64,000 bases of DNA from Gemmatimonadaceae bacterium (GCA_044224875.1 JBGAJQ010000001.1:64001-128000); one strand, 5' to 3'; positions 38,663-49,219 are shown, counted from the first letter of the stretch. Notes: generated by a model not told the origin, from the sequence alone. Program-made: numbers and translations.

Positions 38663-41600
38663 ATGTTCAGGCGCTGCACTCCCCACATTTCCATCGTGAG
38701 GGCAATCGGCCTCATGGTGCTGGTGGCACTGGCGAAGGGACCAGCTGCCGCGCAGAGGCCCGCCGTTCGCCCCACGCCGCGCAGCACACAACCGATGCCC
38801 TCAGGCATGCTCGCCTTCGACACGGCGCAATTCAATGCCCTTCGCTGGCGCGAGGTCGGTCCGGCACGCGGTGGTCGTTCAGTCGCCGTGGCGGGTTCCG
38901 CACAGCGACCGCTCGAGTACTGGATGGGCACGACGGGTGGGGGCGTCTACAAGACGGTCGACGGGGGAATGAACTGGAGTCCGGCCACCGACCGCTACTT
39001 TGGCGGCACGATCGGCGCCATCGCAGTGGATCCGCAGAACCCCGACGTCGTGTGGGTTGGCGGAGGCGAGACGGACATCCGTGGCAACACCAGCCATGGC
39101 GATGGACTCTGGAAGTCCACGGACGCCGGACGCACGTGGACCATGCTCGGCTTCAAGTACGATCACATCTCCACGATTCGCATTCACCCGTCGAACGCCA
39201 ACATCGCGTACATCGGCGTATTTGGGGATCCGTTCAAGCCGACGGATGCGCGTGGGCTGTTCAAGACGACCGATGGAGGTCGTTCCTTCCAGAAGGTGTT
39301 GTTCGATGGAGACTCAGCTGGTGTGGTGGACATTGCCATGAACCAGCAGAACCCCGAAGTCCTGTACGTGGCTATGTGGCAGGCTTGGCGAGCGCCATGG
39401 GGAATGTCGTCCGGTGGACCGCACTCCGGCTTGTACAAGACGACGGACGCCGGGGCCAGCTGGGTGAACCTGACGAAGACAGCAGCTGGCCTGCCACGCG
39501 GCGTCCTCGGCAAGATTGGCGTGGCGGTGTCACCGGTCGCACCAAACCTCGTCTGGGCCCTGATCGAGCACGACTCCGGGGGTGTCTATCGATCCAGCGA
39601 CGCCGGTGCCACTTGGACCTACATCAATCGCGAGCGCAAGCTGCGACAACGCGCCTGGTACTACTCCCAGATCTACGCGGACACGAAGGACACAAACACC
39701 GTCTACGCGCTCAACACCGGCTTCTACCGATCGCGCGATGGTGGCAAGAGTTTCCCGGAAGCGATCCAGGTTCCGCACGGCGACAATCATGATTTGTGGA
39801 TCGCGCCGAACGACCCCAACCGCATGGTCAATGGCAACGACGGCGGAGCAAACGTTTCGTTCAATCGCGGCGCCACGTGGACGGATCAGGACTTCCCCAC
39901 CGCACAGTTCTACCACATCGAGACGACCAACGAATTTCCCTATCGCATCTGTGGCGCGCAGCAGGACAACTCCACCCTCTGCGGGCCAAGCCGGAAGCAA
40001 GGGCAGATCGCAATCGCGGATTGGTACGAAGCCGGCGGTTGCGAATCCGGGTACATCGCGGCGCACCCGTTGAAGCCGAACGTGACCTTTGCCGGCTGCT
40101 ATGGAGGGAACCTGGACCGTCGAGATCGCGAGACCGACTTTACGCGCGATGTGACGGTTTATCCGCGCAATCCGATGGGACACTCGTCGGAAGACATCAA
40201 GGTCAGGTTCAACTGGACCTTCCCGATCGTCTTTTCGCGCCACAACCCGAACGTGCTGTACGCGGCGGGGTCGCAGCTGTTCCGGTCGACGAACGAAGGG
40301 GAGAGCTGGACGGCCGTCTCGCCGGAGCTGGCGCGCCGGGACCCAAAGACCATGGGCGCCAGCGGTGGCCCGATCACGAAGGATCAGACGGGTGTCGAGA
40401 CGTACGGCATCATCTTCGCCTTTGATGAGTCGCCAGTCACACCCGGTCTTCTCTGGGCCGGCACGGACGACGGACTGATCTGGATCTCGCGGAACAATGG
40501 AAGCACATGGAGTAACGTGACGCCCCGCGACATCGGCGACTTTACCCGTGTCTCCATCATCGAACCATCGCACTACGACCCGGCCGTGGCCTACGCTGCG
40601 GTGAACCGTTACGCGTTAGGTGACAAGCATCCAATGCTGTTCAAGACCGCGGACTATGGCGCGTCCTGGACCCGCATCGACACGGGGATCGCCGCCGACG
40701 AGTTTACGCGCGTGATCCGGGAAGATCCCATTCGCCGGGGGTTGCTGTTTACGGGGACCGAGCGCGGCGTGTGGGTGTCATTCGACGATGGTTTGAGCTG
40801 GCGACCGATCCAGCGCAACCTCCCACGGGTACCGGTGCACGATTTGGCCATCAAGGACAATGACCTGATTGCCGCCACGCACGGACGCTCGTTCTGGATC
40901 CTCGACAACATTTCCTCCATGCGGCAACTCACTCCCGCCGTCGTCCAATCAGACGCCCACCTGTTCAAGCCGACGGATGCCATCCGAACCCAATGGAGCG
41001 GTGCTGGCGGCGGTGGCGGAGGCGGCCGTGGAGGATCGGTCGGCGCGAACCCGCCGTCCGGAGCACTGGTCTACTTCTCGCTCAAGCAACCGAACCAACG
41101 GGTAAACCTGGACTTCCTCGACGCCAAGGGAGACGTGATCCAAAGCTTCACCAGCGACCAGGATCCCGAACAGGCGGCGGACAGCGTGCGTCTGGACGGG
41201 CTACGCGCGCAACGTCGCGATTCGCTCGTCCGGACCGGGCTCTCGCGAGACAGTGCGGAGAAGCTCGTGGTCGCGGTGCGCTCGGGAGCGGCCGCCGGCG
41301 GTGGGGGTGACGAAGACGCACCGCGTCGTGCCCCGCGGCCACGCGTGCCAAACAAGGCGGGACTCAACATGTTCGCCTGGAACCTGCGCTACCCCGATGC
41401 GGTCACGTTCGACAACCTCATCATGTGGGCGGCCAACACCACAGGGCCAGTGGCTCCTCCGGGTACCTACAGCGTGCGCATGACGGTCAACGGTGGCGCC
41501 AGCCAGACCGCGTCGTTCCGGGTGCGAAAGGACCCCCGCTCGACCGCGACGGATGCCGATATCCTGGCACAGTTCAAGTTGCTGCTGGCGATTCGCGACA

Positions 41601-42049
41601 AGACGACCGAGGCGAACAACGCCGTTCGCATGGTCCGCAACATGCGCTGGCAGGTTGGTGACCGCACCGACCGCCTGCCCGCGGACAAGAAGGCCGAGTT
41701 CAGCTCAATCGCAACCGGCATGATGGGAAAACTTTCGGAAAACGAACAGAACGTCTATCAAACCCGCAACGAGAGCAACCAGGATCCCCTCAACTTCCCG
41801 ATCAGGTTGAACAACGAGATCGCTGGTGTCGCGAGCTTTGTCGGGCAAGGCGAGTACCGGCCCACCAAACAAGCCTATGACGTGTTCGATGCGCTATCGA
41901 AGGAGTTAGCGGTTCAGTTGCAGGCCCTGAAGGGCTCCATGGACACCGACCTGCCAAAGCTGAACGCGATTCTGCGCGCCGCTGGACTGCAGGAGCTGAA
42001 GCCGAGCACCGAGGAGCCGAAGAAGAACCGGCCGAATGTGGCCATGTAG
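38663..42049 (+). CDS. Exported BNR/Asp-box (VPS10/sortilin-like) glycosyl-hydrolase-like protein, paralog 2
   Basis: Collinear with 33143-36535 over its full length, with long identical peptides such as MGASGGPITKDQTGVETYG. Confidence 0.88.
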   Translation: MFRRCTPHISIVRAIGLMVLVALAKGPAAAQRPAVRPTPRSTQPMPSGMLAFDTAQFNALRWREVGPARGGRSVAVAGSAQRPLEYWMGTTGGGVYKTVDGGMNWSPATDRYFGGTIGAIAVDPQNPDVVWVGGGETDIRGNTSHGDGLWKSTDAGRTWTMLGFKYDHISTIRIHPSNANIAYIGVFGDPFKPTDARGLFKTTDGGRSFQKVLFDGDSAGVVDIAMNQQNPEVLYVAMWQAWRAPWGMSSGGPHSGLYKTTDAGASWVNLTKTAAGLPRGVLGKIGVAVSPVAPNLVWALIEHDSGGVYRSSDAGATWTYINRERKLRQRAWYYSQIYADTKDTNTVYALNTGFYRSRDGGKSFPEAIQVPHGDNHDLWIAPNDPNRMVNGNDGGANVSFNRGATWTDQDFPTAQFYHIETTNEFPYRICGAQQDNSTLCGPSRKQGQIAIADWYEAGGCESGYIAAHPLKPNVTFAGCYGGNLDRRDRETDFTRDVTVYPRNPMGHSSEDIKVRFNWTFPIVFSRHNPNVLYAAGSQLFRSTNEGESWTAVSPELARRDPKTMGASGGPITKDQTGVETYGIIFAFDESPVTPGLLWAGTDDGLIWISRNNGSTWSNVTPRDIGDFTRVSIIEPSHYDPAVAYAAVNRYALGDKHPMLFKTADYGASWTRIDTGIAADEFTRVIREDPIRRGLLFTGTERGVWVSFDDGLSWRPIQRNLPRVPVHDLAIKDNDLIAATHGRSFWILDNISSMRQLTPAVVQSDAHLFKPTDAIRTQWSGAGGGGGGGRGGSVGANPPSGALVYFSLKQPNQRVNLDFLDAKGDVIQSFTSDQDPEQAADSVRLDGLRAQRRDSLVRTGLSRDSAEKLVVAVRSGAAAGGGGDEDAPRRAPRPRVPNKAGLNMFAWNLRYPDAVTFDNLIMWAANTTGPVAPPGTYSVRMTVNGGASQTASFRVRKDPRSTATDADILAQFKLLLAIRDKTTEANNAVRMVRNMRWQVGDRTDRLPADKKAEFSSIATGMMGKLSENEQNVYQTRNESNQDPLNFPIRLNNEIAGVASFVGQGEYRPTKQAYDVFDALSKELAVQLQALKGSMDTDLPKLNAILRAAGLQELKPSTEEPKKNRPNVAM

Positions 42050-42090
42050 TAGACGTAGCGCGCGCTGGCGTCCGCCTGTCACGGCGGTCG

Positions 42091-42981
42091 TCAGCGCGGT
42101 TCGGCGACGATCCTGAATCCGGTCCCCCATGGGTCACGCGTCGTGACGGCATCGCCGACGAATTCCACGGCTGCCCCGGCCGATTGCAGGTGACGGCCAA
42201 CCGATTGCACGTCGGCTGCCGACGGTACGACTACCGTCCACTCGAGCAGGCGTGCATCGGCGGGGCCAGGCGCGGCGGCGCGAGGGCCCGCCCATGTATT
42301 CGTGCCCAAGTGGTGGTGATATCCACCGGCCGACAGGAATAACGCTCCTGGATAACCACGAACGACGACATCGAACCCGAGCCCGTTGGCGAAAAACTGT
42401 TCGGCTTCGCGGAGGTCGCCCACGTGAAGGTGCATGTGTCCAATGACCGTCCCAGCCGGCATCCCATGCCAGCGTGTGTCGCCAGCGTCGGCAACCAGCG
42501 AATTGAATTCGAGGGGTTCCGTGGCCATGGCCAAGTCGCCGCCGACTCGTCGCCAAGAAGACCGCGGCCGGTCGGCGTAGACCTCGATGCCGAGGCCGTC
42601 CGGGTCTGACAGGTAGATCGCTTCGCTGACGAGGTGATCGGACGCACCCGCTGGTATGCCGAGGTGATCCAGGTGGATCACGAAGCGCGCCAAGTCGCCA
42701 CGCGTTGGCAGGAGGATGGCAAAATGAAACAACCCAAGCCGGCCTCGGCGTGGGTGAGCCTGCGCGCCGGGGAATTCGTGCAAGGAAAGCAGGGGGCGGT
42801 CCGAGCCGATGGTGCCTAACGTTGCCACGTCACCGTTGCGCGTGAGGGGCAGAAAGCCCAACACATCGGTGTAGTAGGCGAGCGAGCGATCGAGGCTTGC
42901 CACCTGGAGTCGTATTGGCCCAAGGTGCGTGTCGTCGGGGAGGCGGAACGGCGTGTTGGAGCTGGAGTGTGGCGTAGTCAT
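42091..42981 (-). CDS. Two-domain VOC protein (CatE/catechol 2,3-dioxygenase-like)
   Basis: Start moved to ATG 42981 (ATGA overlap); GLFHFAILLP, ASDHLVSEAIYLSDPDGLGIEVYADRP, IGHMHLHV, AGGYHHHLG. Confidence 0.88.
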   Translation of the reverse strand: MTTPHSSSNTPFRLPDDTHLGPIRLQVASLDRSLAYYTDVLGFLPLTRNGDVATLGTIGSDRPLLSLHEFPGAQAHPRRGRLGLFHFAILLPTRGDLARFVIHLDHLGIPAGASDHLVSEAIYLSDPDGLGIEVYADRPRSSWRRVGGDLAMATEPLEFNSLVADAGDTRWHGMPAGTVIGHMHLHVGDLREAEQFFANGLGFDVVVRGYPGALFLSAGGYHHHLGTNTWAGPRAAAPGPADARLLEWTVVVPSAADVQSVGRHLQSAGAAVEFVGDAVTTRDPWGTGFRIVAEPR

Positions 42982-44264
42982 GGGACGAGCGAGCCGGCCG
43001 GAGCGGTGCCGCGCGCGTCTGGCGCGTGCCTTCCGATCTCTTGTGAGCGCTGAAGGTCCTCGAGAAACATCTGCTCGGCTTGCTCGCCGAGGGTTCGATC
43101 CTCGATCAGGGCATCGAGTTCGTAGTTGATCGCCACGCCCAAGGGGTTGAAGTCGGTGGAGCCTACGCGAACCCACCGGCCGTCGATGACCGTCGTCTTG
43201 GCGTGCATCATCTCGCCGCGCCATTCCCAGAGCCTCACCCCGCTGCGGAGCAGGCGATGATAGAAGCGTGTCGCAAAGCGACGCAGGAGGGGATGGTCGT
43301 ACTTGCTCGGAACGAGCACGCGGACGTCCACGCCGTCGCGTGCGGCGCCGGCCAACGCTTCGAGTTCGCTCCAGGACGGCATGAAGTAAGCGCTGGCGAT
43401 CCAGATGGAGCGTTCGGCGGCCACCGCTTGCAGCTGCAACGCCCGGGAGAGCCGCCACCGACCCGGCTCGCCCTCGATGATGCCAACGAGCGCAGGCGGA
43501 TCGAAGCGTCCGCTCAAGTGCGTCTCGGCGGCCAGCGTCGGTGCGCGAAGCGCCTGCCACTCCGGCGTTCGGCCGCGAGCCCGAGCCCACATTCGTTCGA
43601 AGGCCTCACGCATGTATGTCGACGCGTCACCTTCCATGCGCAACGCGGTGTCCCGCCACACGGAGTGCCTGCGCCGCCGAATTAGTCCGTACCCCCACTC
43701 CTGGCCAATACCGATGCCACCCGTGACGCTGGCGTACTGGTCCACCACGAGCACCTTGCGATGGTCGCGCGGAAGCAGTCCGCCCCAGGCACGGAATCCG
43801 AGCGGGTTGAAGAACCGCATGCCTACGCCCTCGCGGTGGATCTTCTCGAAGAACTTTCGCGGTGTTGGCCACCGGCCCACCCAGTCCACGAGCATACGCA
43901 CCTTCACTCCGCGGCGCGCGGCGTTGCGGAACGCGTCGGCGAAGCGATGGCCGACTTCGTCGTTGTGGAAGATGTAGCCTTCGAACTCGATGCTCTGTCG
44001 TGCGCCCTCGATCAGGGAGAGCATGGCCTCGAATGTTGCCGGGCCATCGCGCAGCAGCGCCACCTTGTTACCGGCGGAGACACGCGCGTTGGCAATGCGC
44101 CACAGTGCGCGGGAGAACGACGGGCGCGGTCCTTCGAACGACTCCCGTACCATGGCGCGCGGCGTGGGTGTTCGCACAGAAGCTGGCGCGCTGATCGACG
44201 GGTGAAGCCTCGCCTTGTGTTCCTCCGCGGCCGCCATCGGCAGGTCCTGTGGGTCGCTAGCCAT
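42978..44264 (-). CDS. Cardiolipin-synthase-like phospholipase D (ClsB type, no N-terminal TM)
   Basis: Two HKD motifs, DHRKVLVVD and MHAKTTVID; start moved to ATG 44264. Confidence 0.88.
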   Translation of the reverse strand: MASDPQDLPMAAAEEHKARLHPSISAPASVRTPTPRAMVRESFEGPRPSFSRALWRIANARVSAGNKVALLRDGPATFEAMLSLIEGARQSIEFEGYIFHNDEVGHRFADAFRNAARRGVKVRMLVDWVGRWPTPRKFFEKIHREGVGMRFFNPLGFRAWGGLLPRDHRKVLVVDQYASVTGGIGIGQEWGYGLIRRRRHSVWRDTALRMEGDASTYMREAFERMWARARGRTPEWQALRAPTLAAETHLSGRFDPPALVGIIEGEPGRWRLSRALQLQAVAAERSIWIASAYFMPSWSELEALAGAARDGVDVRVLVPSKYDHPLLRRFATRFYHRLLRSGVRLWEWRGEMMHAKTTVIDGRWVRVGSTDFNPLGVAINYELDALIEDRTLGEQAEQMFLEDLQRSQEIGRHAPDARGTAPAGSLVP

Positions 44265-45543
44265 CGTCGAACAGGCGAGCGGTGATCGGGCGTAGCGCAA
44301 CCTGCGCGGCCATGGCGCCAATGGCGAGCGTGAGCGCGACAAAGAGCATCTGGAAGCCCGTCTGAACGGCCGCCGTCACGTTGCGGCTGACGAGCGACCC
44401 CATGCTCATGAAGCCAATGCTCCCCGGTACCAGCAACACGGTCGCTGGCTGCTGCAGGACCGGGTATGGGAGTCGTAGCTGACGGGCGAGCAGTGTTCCG
44501 ACGGACATGGCCGTGAACGATCCAACGAATGCGCTGGCCGTCGAGCCCAGACCGCGCCCCGTGGCATACGCGGCAAAGGACGTCACGATACAGATCACGA
44601 CAATCCACACGGCGTCGCGCCGGCGCGCATGGAACAGCACCGTCATGGCCAATCCTGCAGTCAGCGGCGACAGCACGCGCACCCACCCCGGCAGGTTGGT
44701 CAGGCTGGGCATCACCAGCGGCACGTGGTCCGTGGACTCCACGGCCTGCAGTCCAACCACCACGCCTACAATCAGCAACAACAGGGTGGTGATCGCCGCG
44801 AGAAATCGCCCCGAACCCGACGTCCAATGCCCCTGCGCCAACTCGGTCATCGCCACCGTCAGCCTCCAACCGGGTAGCAGGATCACCAACGACGCAATGA
44901 GGAGGGGCATGGGTCGAACATCCCGCATGCCCACCCGATCCGCACCGAAGGCCACGGCGGACGCCACCGCGGCCAGGACCACCGGCGCGAGTGGCGCCAA
45001 GTGCTCCCGGTTACCGATCGACCGCAGGACGCCCCCCACGAGGGCGCCAAGCAACACCGCCAGGATCAACTCCGAGCGTTCGGCCTGCAGCAGCAACCCT
45101 GCGGAGGCGCTGAGGAGCGCACTCGCCAGCACGGTGAGGATGGCACCGCGTGGCGACGTCCATTCGAGGAGTGACGTTAGGCGCGTGGCGGCATCGTCGG
45201 GCGTGATCTCGCCACGCATGACGCGGGCCAGAATACGATGGAGGGCGACCGCGCGCATGTAATCCGGGCCAGCCAACCGCAGCCGAATGACCTCGGTCCA
45301 CTGTCGGTTGCCCTTGGACAACGACAGGAAAATGGCCGTCGCCGTTGCACTGCAGTCGGCGTGGAACCCGAGTCGTTCGGCCAGCTCCATGATACCCTCT
45401 TCAATGCGCGCGGGCACCTCATCAACCGCGGCATACGCTCTGGCCGCGAGACTGAGAAAGCGCGCCCCACCGTCGTCGGTCGCGGGACCGGGGCGGGCCG
45501 GTGCTTCGTAGACGGCGGTGAGGGATAGCGAGGGAGCGGTCAT
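44257..45543 (-). CDS. Threonine/serine exporter (ThrE) family protein
   Basis: ARIEE N-terminal domain; [15 protein letters not shown] and LLVPGSIGF repeat halves; about 10 TM; start moved to ATG 45543. Confidence 0.85.
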   Translation of the reverse strand: MTAPSLSLTAVYEAPARPGPATDDGGARFLSLAARAYAAVDEVPARIEEGIMELAERLGFHADCSATATAIFLSLSKGNRQWTEVIRLRLAGPDYMRAVALHRILARVMRGEITPDDAATRLTSLLEWTSPRGAILTVLASALLSASAGLLLQAERSELILAVLLGALVGGVLRSIGNREHLAPLAPVVLAAVASAVAFGADRVGMRDVRPMPLLIASLVILLPGWRLTVAMTELAQGHWTSGSGRFLAAITTLLLLIVGVVVGLQAVESTDHVPLVMPSLTNLPGWVRVLSPLTAGLAMTVLFHARRRDAVWIVVICIVTSFAAYATGRGLGSTASAFVGSFTAMSVGTLLARQLRLPYPVLQQPATVLLVPGSIGFMSMGSLVSRNVTAAVQTGFQMLFVALTLAIGAMAAQVALRPITARLFDDG

Positions 45544-45657
45544 TGCTACGGAAGGAGGCCACGATGGACTGGCCACGTAGAGGCTAGCGGTGGGGCGCCC
45601 TCTCGTGAAGGGCAATTGGGGCCTTGCCGCACCACGTGCGACTGGCGATATCACCGA

Positions 45658-46566
45658 ATGCTCAAGATCGACCTCACGGGAAGACGCGCCCTTGTTGCAG
45701 GCGTAGCAGACGACGGGGGATTCGGGTTTGCCATTGCCAAGTCGCTTGCCGAAGCCGGGGCAACGGTGTGCGTCGGCACCTGGCCCCCGGCCTTGAAGAT
45801 TTTCCTGACGCTGCTGGAACGCGGCAAGTTGGATGAGTCGCGCCAGCTGTCGGACGGTTCAGTGCTGCAATTCGAGCGGATTTATCCGTTGGATGCCGCC
45901 TTCGACACACTGGACGATGCCCCGCAAGACATCGCCAAGGCCAAGCGTTATGCAGACACCGGCGACTACTCCATTGCCGGTCTCGCATCGCGCCTAACGG
46001 CAGACTTCGGTACCCCCGCCTTCGACATTCTCATTCACTCGCTGGCCAACGGCCCGGAAGTGAAGAAGCCGTTGCTGGAAACGTCGCGGTTCGGATATCT
46101 CAGTGCCGTGAGCGTCAGCGCGTTTTCGCTCGTGGCCATGATGCAGCGCTTGGGTCCCCTCATGCGTCCCGGCGGGTCCGCTCTTTCCCTTACGTATATG
46201 GCGAGTGAGCGGGTCGTTCCCGGATACGGCGGCGGCATGTCGTCGGCCAAGGCGGCGCTGGAAAGCGACACCCGCACGCTCGCGTTTGAGGCCGGGAGAA
46301 AGTGGGGACTTCGAGTCAACACGATCTCTGCCGGTCCCTACGCATCCCGCGCGGCGAGCGCCATAGGCATCATTGAACGGATGGTGCAGTACTGCGCCGC
46401 GAATCAGCCCTTGCCAGAGGCGCTCACGGCGGCGGAGGTGGGTCACGCAGCGGCATTCCTCTCGAGTTCTCTCGCCAGCGGCATCACCGGACACACGATG
46501 TACGTGGACAAGGGATACCACACGATGGGTATGGCCGTGGACCCGAGCGCCGGATCGCTCTTCTGA
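45658..46566 (+). CDS. fabI: Enoyl-ACP reductase, chlamydial/plant-plastid type
   Basis: [58 protein letters not shown]. Confidence 0.93.
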   Translation: MLKIDLTGRRALVAGVADDGGFGFAIAKSLAEAGATVCVGTWPPALKIFLTLLERGKLDESRQLSDGSVLQFERIYPLDAAFDTLDDAPQDIAKAKRYADTGDYSIAGLASRLTADFGTPAFDILIHSLANGPEVKKPLLETSRFGYLSAVSVSAFSLVAMMQRLGPLMRPGGSALSLTYMASERVVPGYGGGMSSAKAALESDTRTLAFEAGRKWGLRVNTISAGPYASRAASAIGIIERMVQYCAANQPLPEALTAAEVGHAAAFLSSSLASGITGHTMYVDKGYHTMGMAVDPSAGSLF

Positions 46567-46593
46567 GCGTGCTTCGGGCGGTGTGTCCTCGCC

Positions 46594-47754
46594 CTAGTGC
46601 CGCCGCTTCAGGACGGTCGAGTCGGGGATGAAGTTGAAGGGCTGGTGCACCACCTGCATCACCGGATAACCCTTCTTCACCGCTGGATAAAACACGGCGT
46701 CCTTGAGGGCGCGGCGGACGCTCTCCACAAACGCGGGATGCGTGGTGGAAACCACGTTGAACGAGTCCATGTTGACCTCCCCGGTGATGTCCACCACGAA
46801 CTCGGCGATGACGGTGCCCGGGAGGGCGGCTTCGTACAAGGAATCAGGGTACACCGGCGCCGCGCGTTTCACGGAGTCCTGGTGAGCGGGGACATCCACC
46901 TGCTCAGCCGTGAACACGCTCTTGCTTTCGACCATGGCGGCGATCTGCTGCGCGGCCGACAGTCCCTTTCGCTTCTTGGCGCGGAGTTCACCCTGACGGG
47001 ACCAGAGGATGATCGTACCGCAGCTGGATGAGATCGATCGCGTGCCGAGGAATTCGGTGGGTACGCTGGAGGGACCGGAGTAGATCTCCATCCCCTCGAG
47101 GGAGCGAGGCGAAATGGCGTCCAGGTCAAACTCCCCCGCGAAGAGCGGTGTGCCATCCAGCCAGGTGAGCGGTGCGCATTGGGACCCGCGGAACCTCACG
47201 ATCGTGCGACCCGGTCCGCGACTTTCCACGCGGGCGCCAGGAATCATGCGAAACATGTCCGTGACGTTTGGCGGGTTGCGGCGTTCGATTTCCTCGCGCG
47301 TCACGAAGTGACCGATGCCGCGATCCTTGCGCGAATAGAACCCAGCCATTCGCCCCGTCAGGTTGCGCCGTCCGTATACGAGCACGGGTTGCAACTGCAG
47401 CGGGAGGCGATGGATCGTCATCTCCAGCGGGACGGTCTGGCCAGCCATGACCATCAACTTCACGGTGTCCGGTTGGAATCCCAGGCGTCGAACCGCCAGG
47501 GTCAACTCGCCAGCGGGGACCTTGCCGAGTCGAAATTCCCCGCGGTCGTCAGTTTCGATACGTAGCGGGGATCCGCGCAGGAAAACCTCGGCGCCGGCGA
47601 TCTTCGTGCCGATGCTGTCGCGGATGACGCCGCTGATCGTTCCCGTCCCGACGTCCTGGGCGCTGGAACCGGCGGGGAACAGGCATCCCAGGGTCCCGGC
47701 AATGGCCGCGACCCAGGTGGCAAGCCTAACGAGCCGAACTTCGCCGTGTTTCAT
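46594..47754 (-). CDS. Exported CarboxypepD_reg + TonB-receptor plug + TonB C-terminal domain protein, no barrel
   Basis: Start moved to ATG 47754 (GGAGG upstream); GTISGVIRD...VRRLGF; TREEIE...EGMEIYSG...CGTIILWSR; PVYP...AEFVVD..G.V...FYPA...QPFNF. Confidence 0.8.
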   Translation of the reverse strand: MKHGEVRLVRLATWVAAIAGTLGCLFPAGSSAQDVGTGTISGVIRDSIGTKIAGAEVFLRGSPLRIETDDRGEFRLGKVPAGELTLAVRRLGFQPDTVKLMVMAGQTVPLEMTIHRLPLQLQPVLVYGRRNLTGRMAGFYSRKDRGIGHFVTREEIERRNPPNVTDMFRMIPGARVESRGPGRTIVRFRGSQCAPLTWLDGTPLFAGEFDLDAISPRSLEGMEIYSGPSSVPTEFLGTRSISSSCGTIILWSRQGELRAKKRKGLSAAQQIAAMVESKSVFTAEQVDVPAHQDSVKRAAPVYPDSLYEAALPGTVIAEFVVDITGEVNMDSFNVVSTTHPAFVESVRRALKDAVFYPAVKKGYPVMQVVHQPFNFIPDSTVLKRRH

Positions 47755-48589
47755 CGTCGGTACCTCCCTGCGCGAATGAGCTCGCGGCCTGTGTGGTTCA
47801 GACGGGCGAGATCGCTCTTCGATGTGCTGGTCGAAGTCCGGCGCAGCGGCAGGTGGGGTCACGCGCGGTCCTCAACCCAACATTACGGTAGTGTCGACCG
47901 TTCGCGAAAGAGCCCGTGTCACCATGAGTCGGCCTCTGTCCATGACGACCCGTTCTTTCTCTGGACGGAGCGTGCGGTCAGGCGCAACTCCTCGCGTACC
48001 AGAGCCGTGTCGGAACCGCATGCGACGTGTCCGCAAAAGCCTCACACGGCCGAACGACGTGACGCTTCGGCGGTCATCCATTTGACTGCTGAGCCCTCGA
48101 GCGATGGAATCTGCCTCCCGGCGGTGAGACGCGCGGGTATTCGCTGCGCCCTACGAAAACCGCTACGCGACGGAGCGTCGGCTCGGAGACCTTCGCCCAA
48201 ATGAGCCTCGATCCGGCACCTAGGCTCTGTCTGCGTTCGCAAGGCGGACCCCCCTCTCCTTACCGGAGACCGCGTGAGAATGGAGACCTTCGAAGAGCGC
48301 GGCGACGTGCCGGGTTTGGCGAATTGCCACGGTCGTTGGACAATGCAACCGCCGTGGGTTAGGCCCGCGATCACGAGTGCCGTTCCTCACAAAACAGTCG
48401 TGCGTTTCCGTCCGGTCGAAACGACCGAATAACCCCCCAAACCGGAGGCAGAAGGACCGAAGGCTCGGACACGTTGTCCGAACGTTCAATCCGACCTAAG
48501 CTACTGAAAATCAAGCATTTACGTGGATCGCATTGTGCTTAGGAAGTGCTCGAAATCTCAGTTTCACTCGACTACTCGAGATACTCACG

Positions 48590-49219
48590 ATGCGAATAAC
48601 CCTACCTCCGTTTCCCAAGCTCCTCATCGGCGCGCTTCTCGTAGCCAGCGCCGCGTGCTCCACGGATACACCGTCTGCGGTGGCGCCGAATGCGAGCCTG
48701 ATTGCCACTCCACCCGAGCCCGGCAGCATTTCCGCGACGGTGCCGACCCAGGCACTGATGTTCATGGATAGCGTTCGCGCCACGTTTACCATCTATCCCA
48801 CCGTCGGCGGCGCGGCCCAGATCGGCAATCACTACATCAACTTCCCGCGCTACACGATCTGCGACATGTCGGTGACCGCCTATGGTCCCACCGAGTGGCA
48901 GAAGACGTGTAGCGTGTCCGCCGCCCCGGTCACCATCACCGCGGTGAGCTTCGTCGACAAGAAGGGACATCCGCAAATCGACTTCAGCCCGGCGCTGCGC
49001 TTCCGCGTGAACAATCTGGGCGAGTTGCCGACGCTGTACTTGTTGGACAACGAAGCGTCCCTGCAGCTCTGGAGCAGCATCAACTACTGCCACGGACCCA
49101 ACACCGGCTGCACGAACGAGGCCCTGACGGATCCCGTCCTCCTGACCCGTCGTGATCCGTGGAGCGGGTACCTCTATCGCTTCATCCGACACTTCAGTGG
49201 CTACAACGTGTGGGCGTAA
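48590..49219 (+). CDS. Lipoprotein, ZU5-like, ending IRHFSGYNVWA
   Basis: Start moved to ATG 48590; lipobox SAAC; distant similarity to the next gene. Confidence 0.7.
   Translation: MRITLPPFPKLLIGALLVASAACSTDTPSAVAPNASLIATPPEPGSISATVPTQALMFMDSVRATFTIYPTVGGAAQIGNHYINFPRYTICDMSVTAYGPTEWQKTCSVSAAPVTITAVSFVDKKGHPQIDFSPALRFRVNNLGELPTLYLLDNEASLQLWSSINYCHGPNTGCTNEALTDPVLLTRRDPWSGYLYRFIRHFSGYNVWA

Noticed and set aside
40998..41036. GGC/GGT-rich run as a tandem repeat or slippage locus
   Set aside because: Mixed Gly codons in an in-frame linker; not a perfect repeat.
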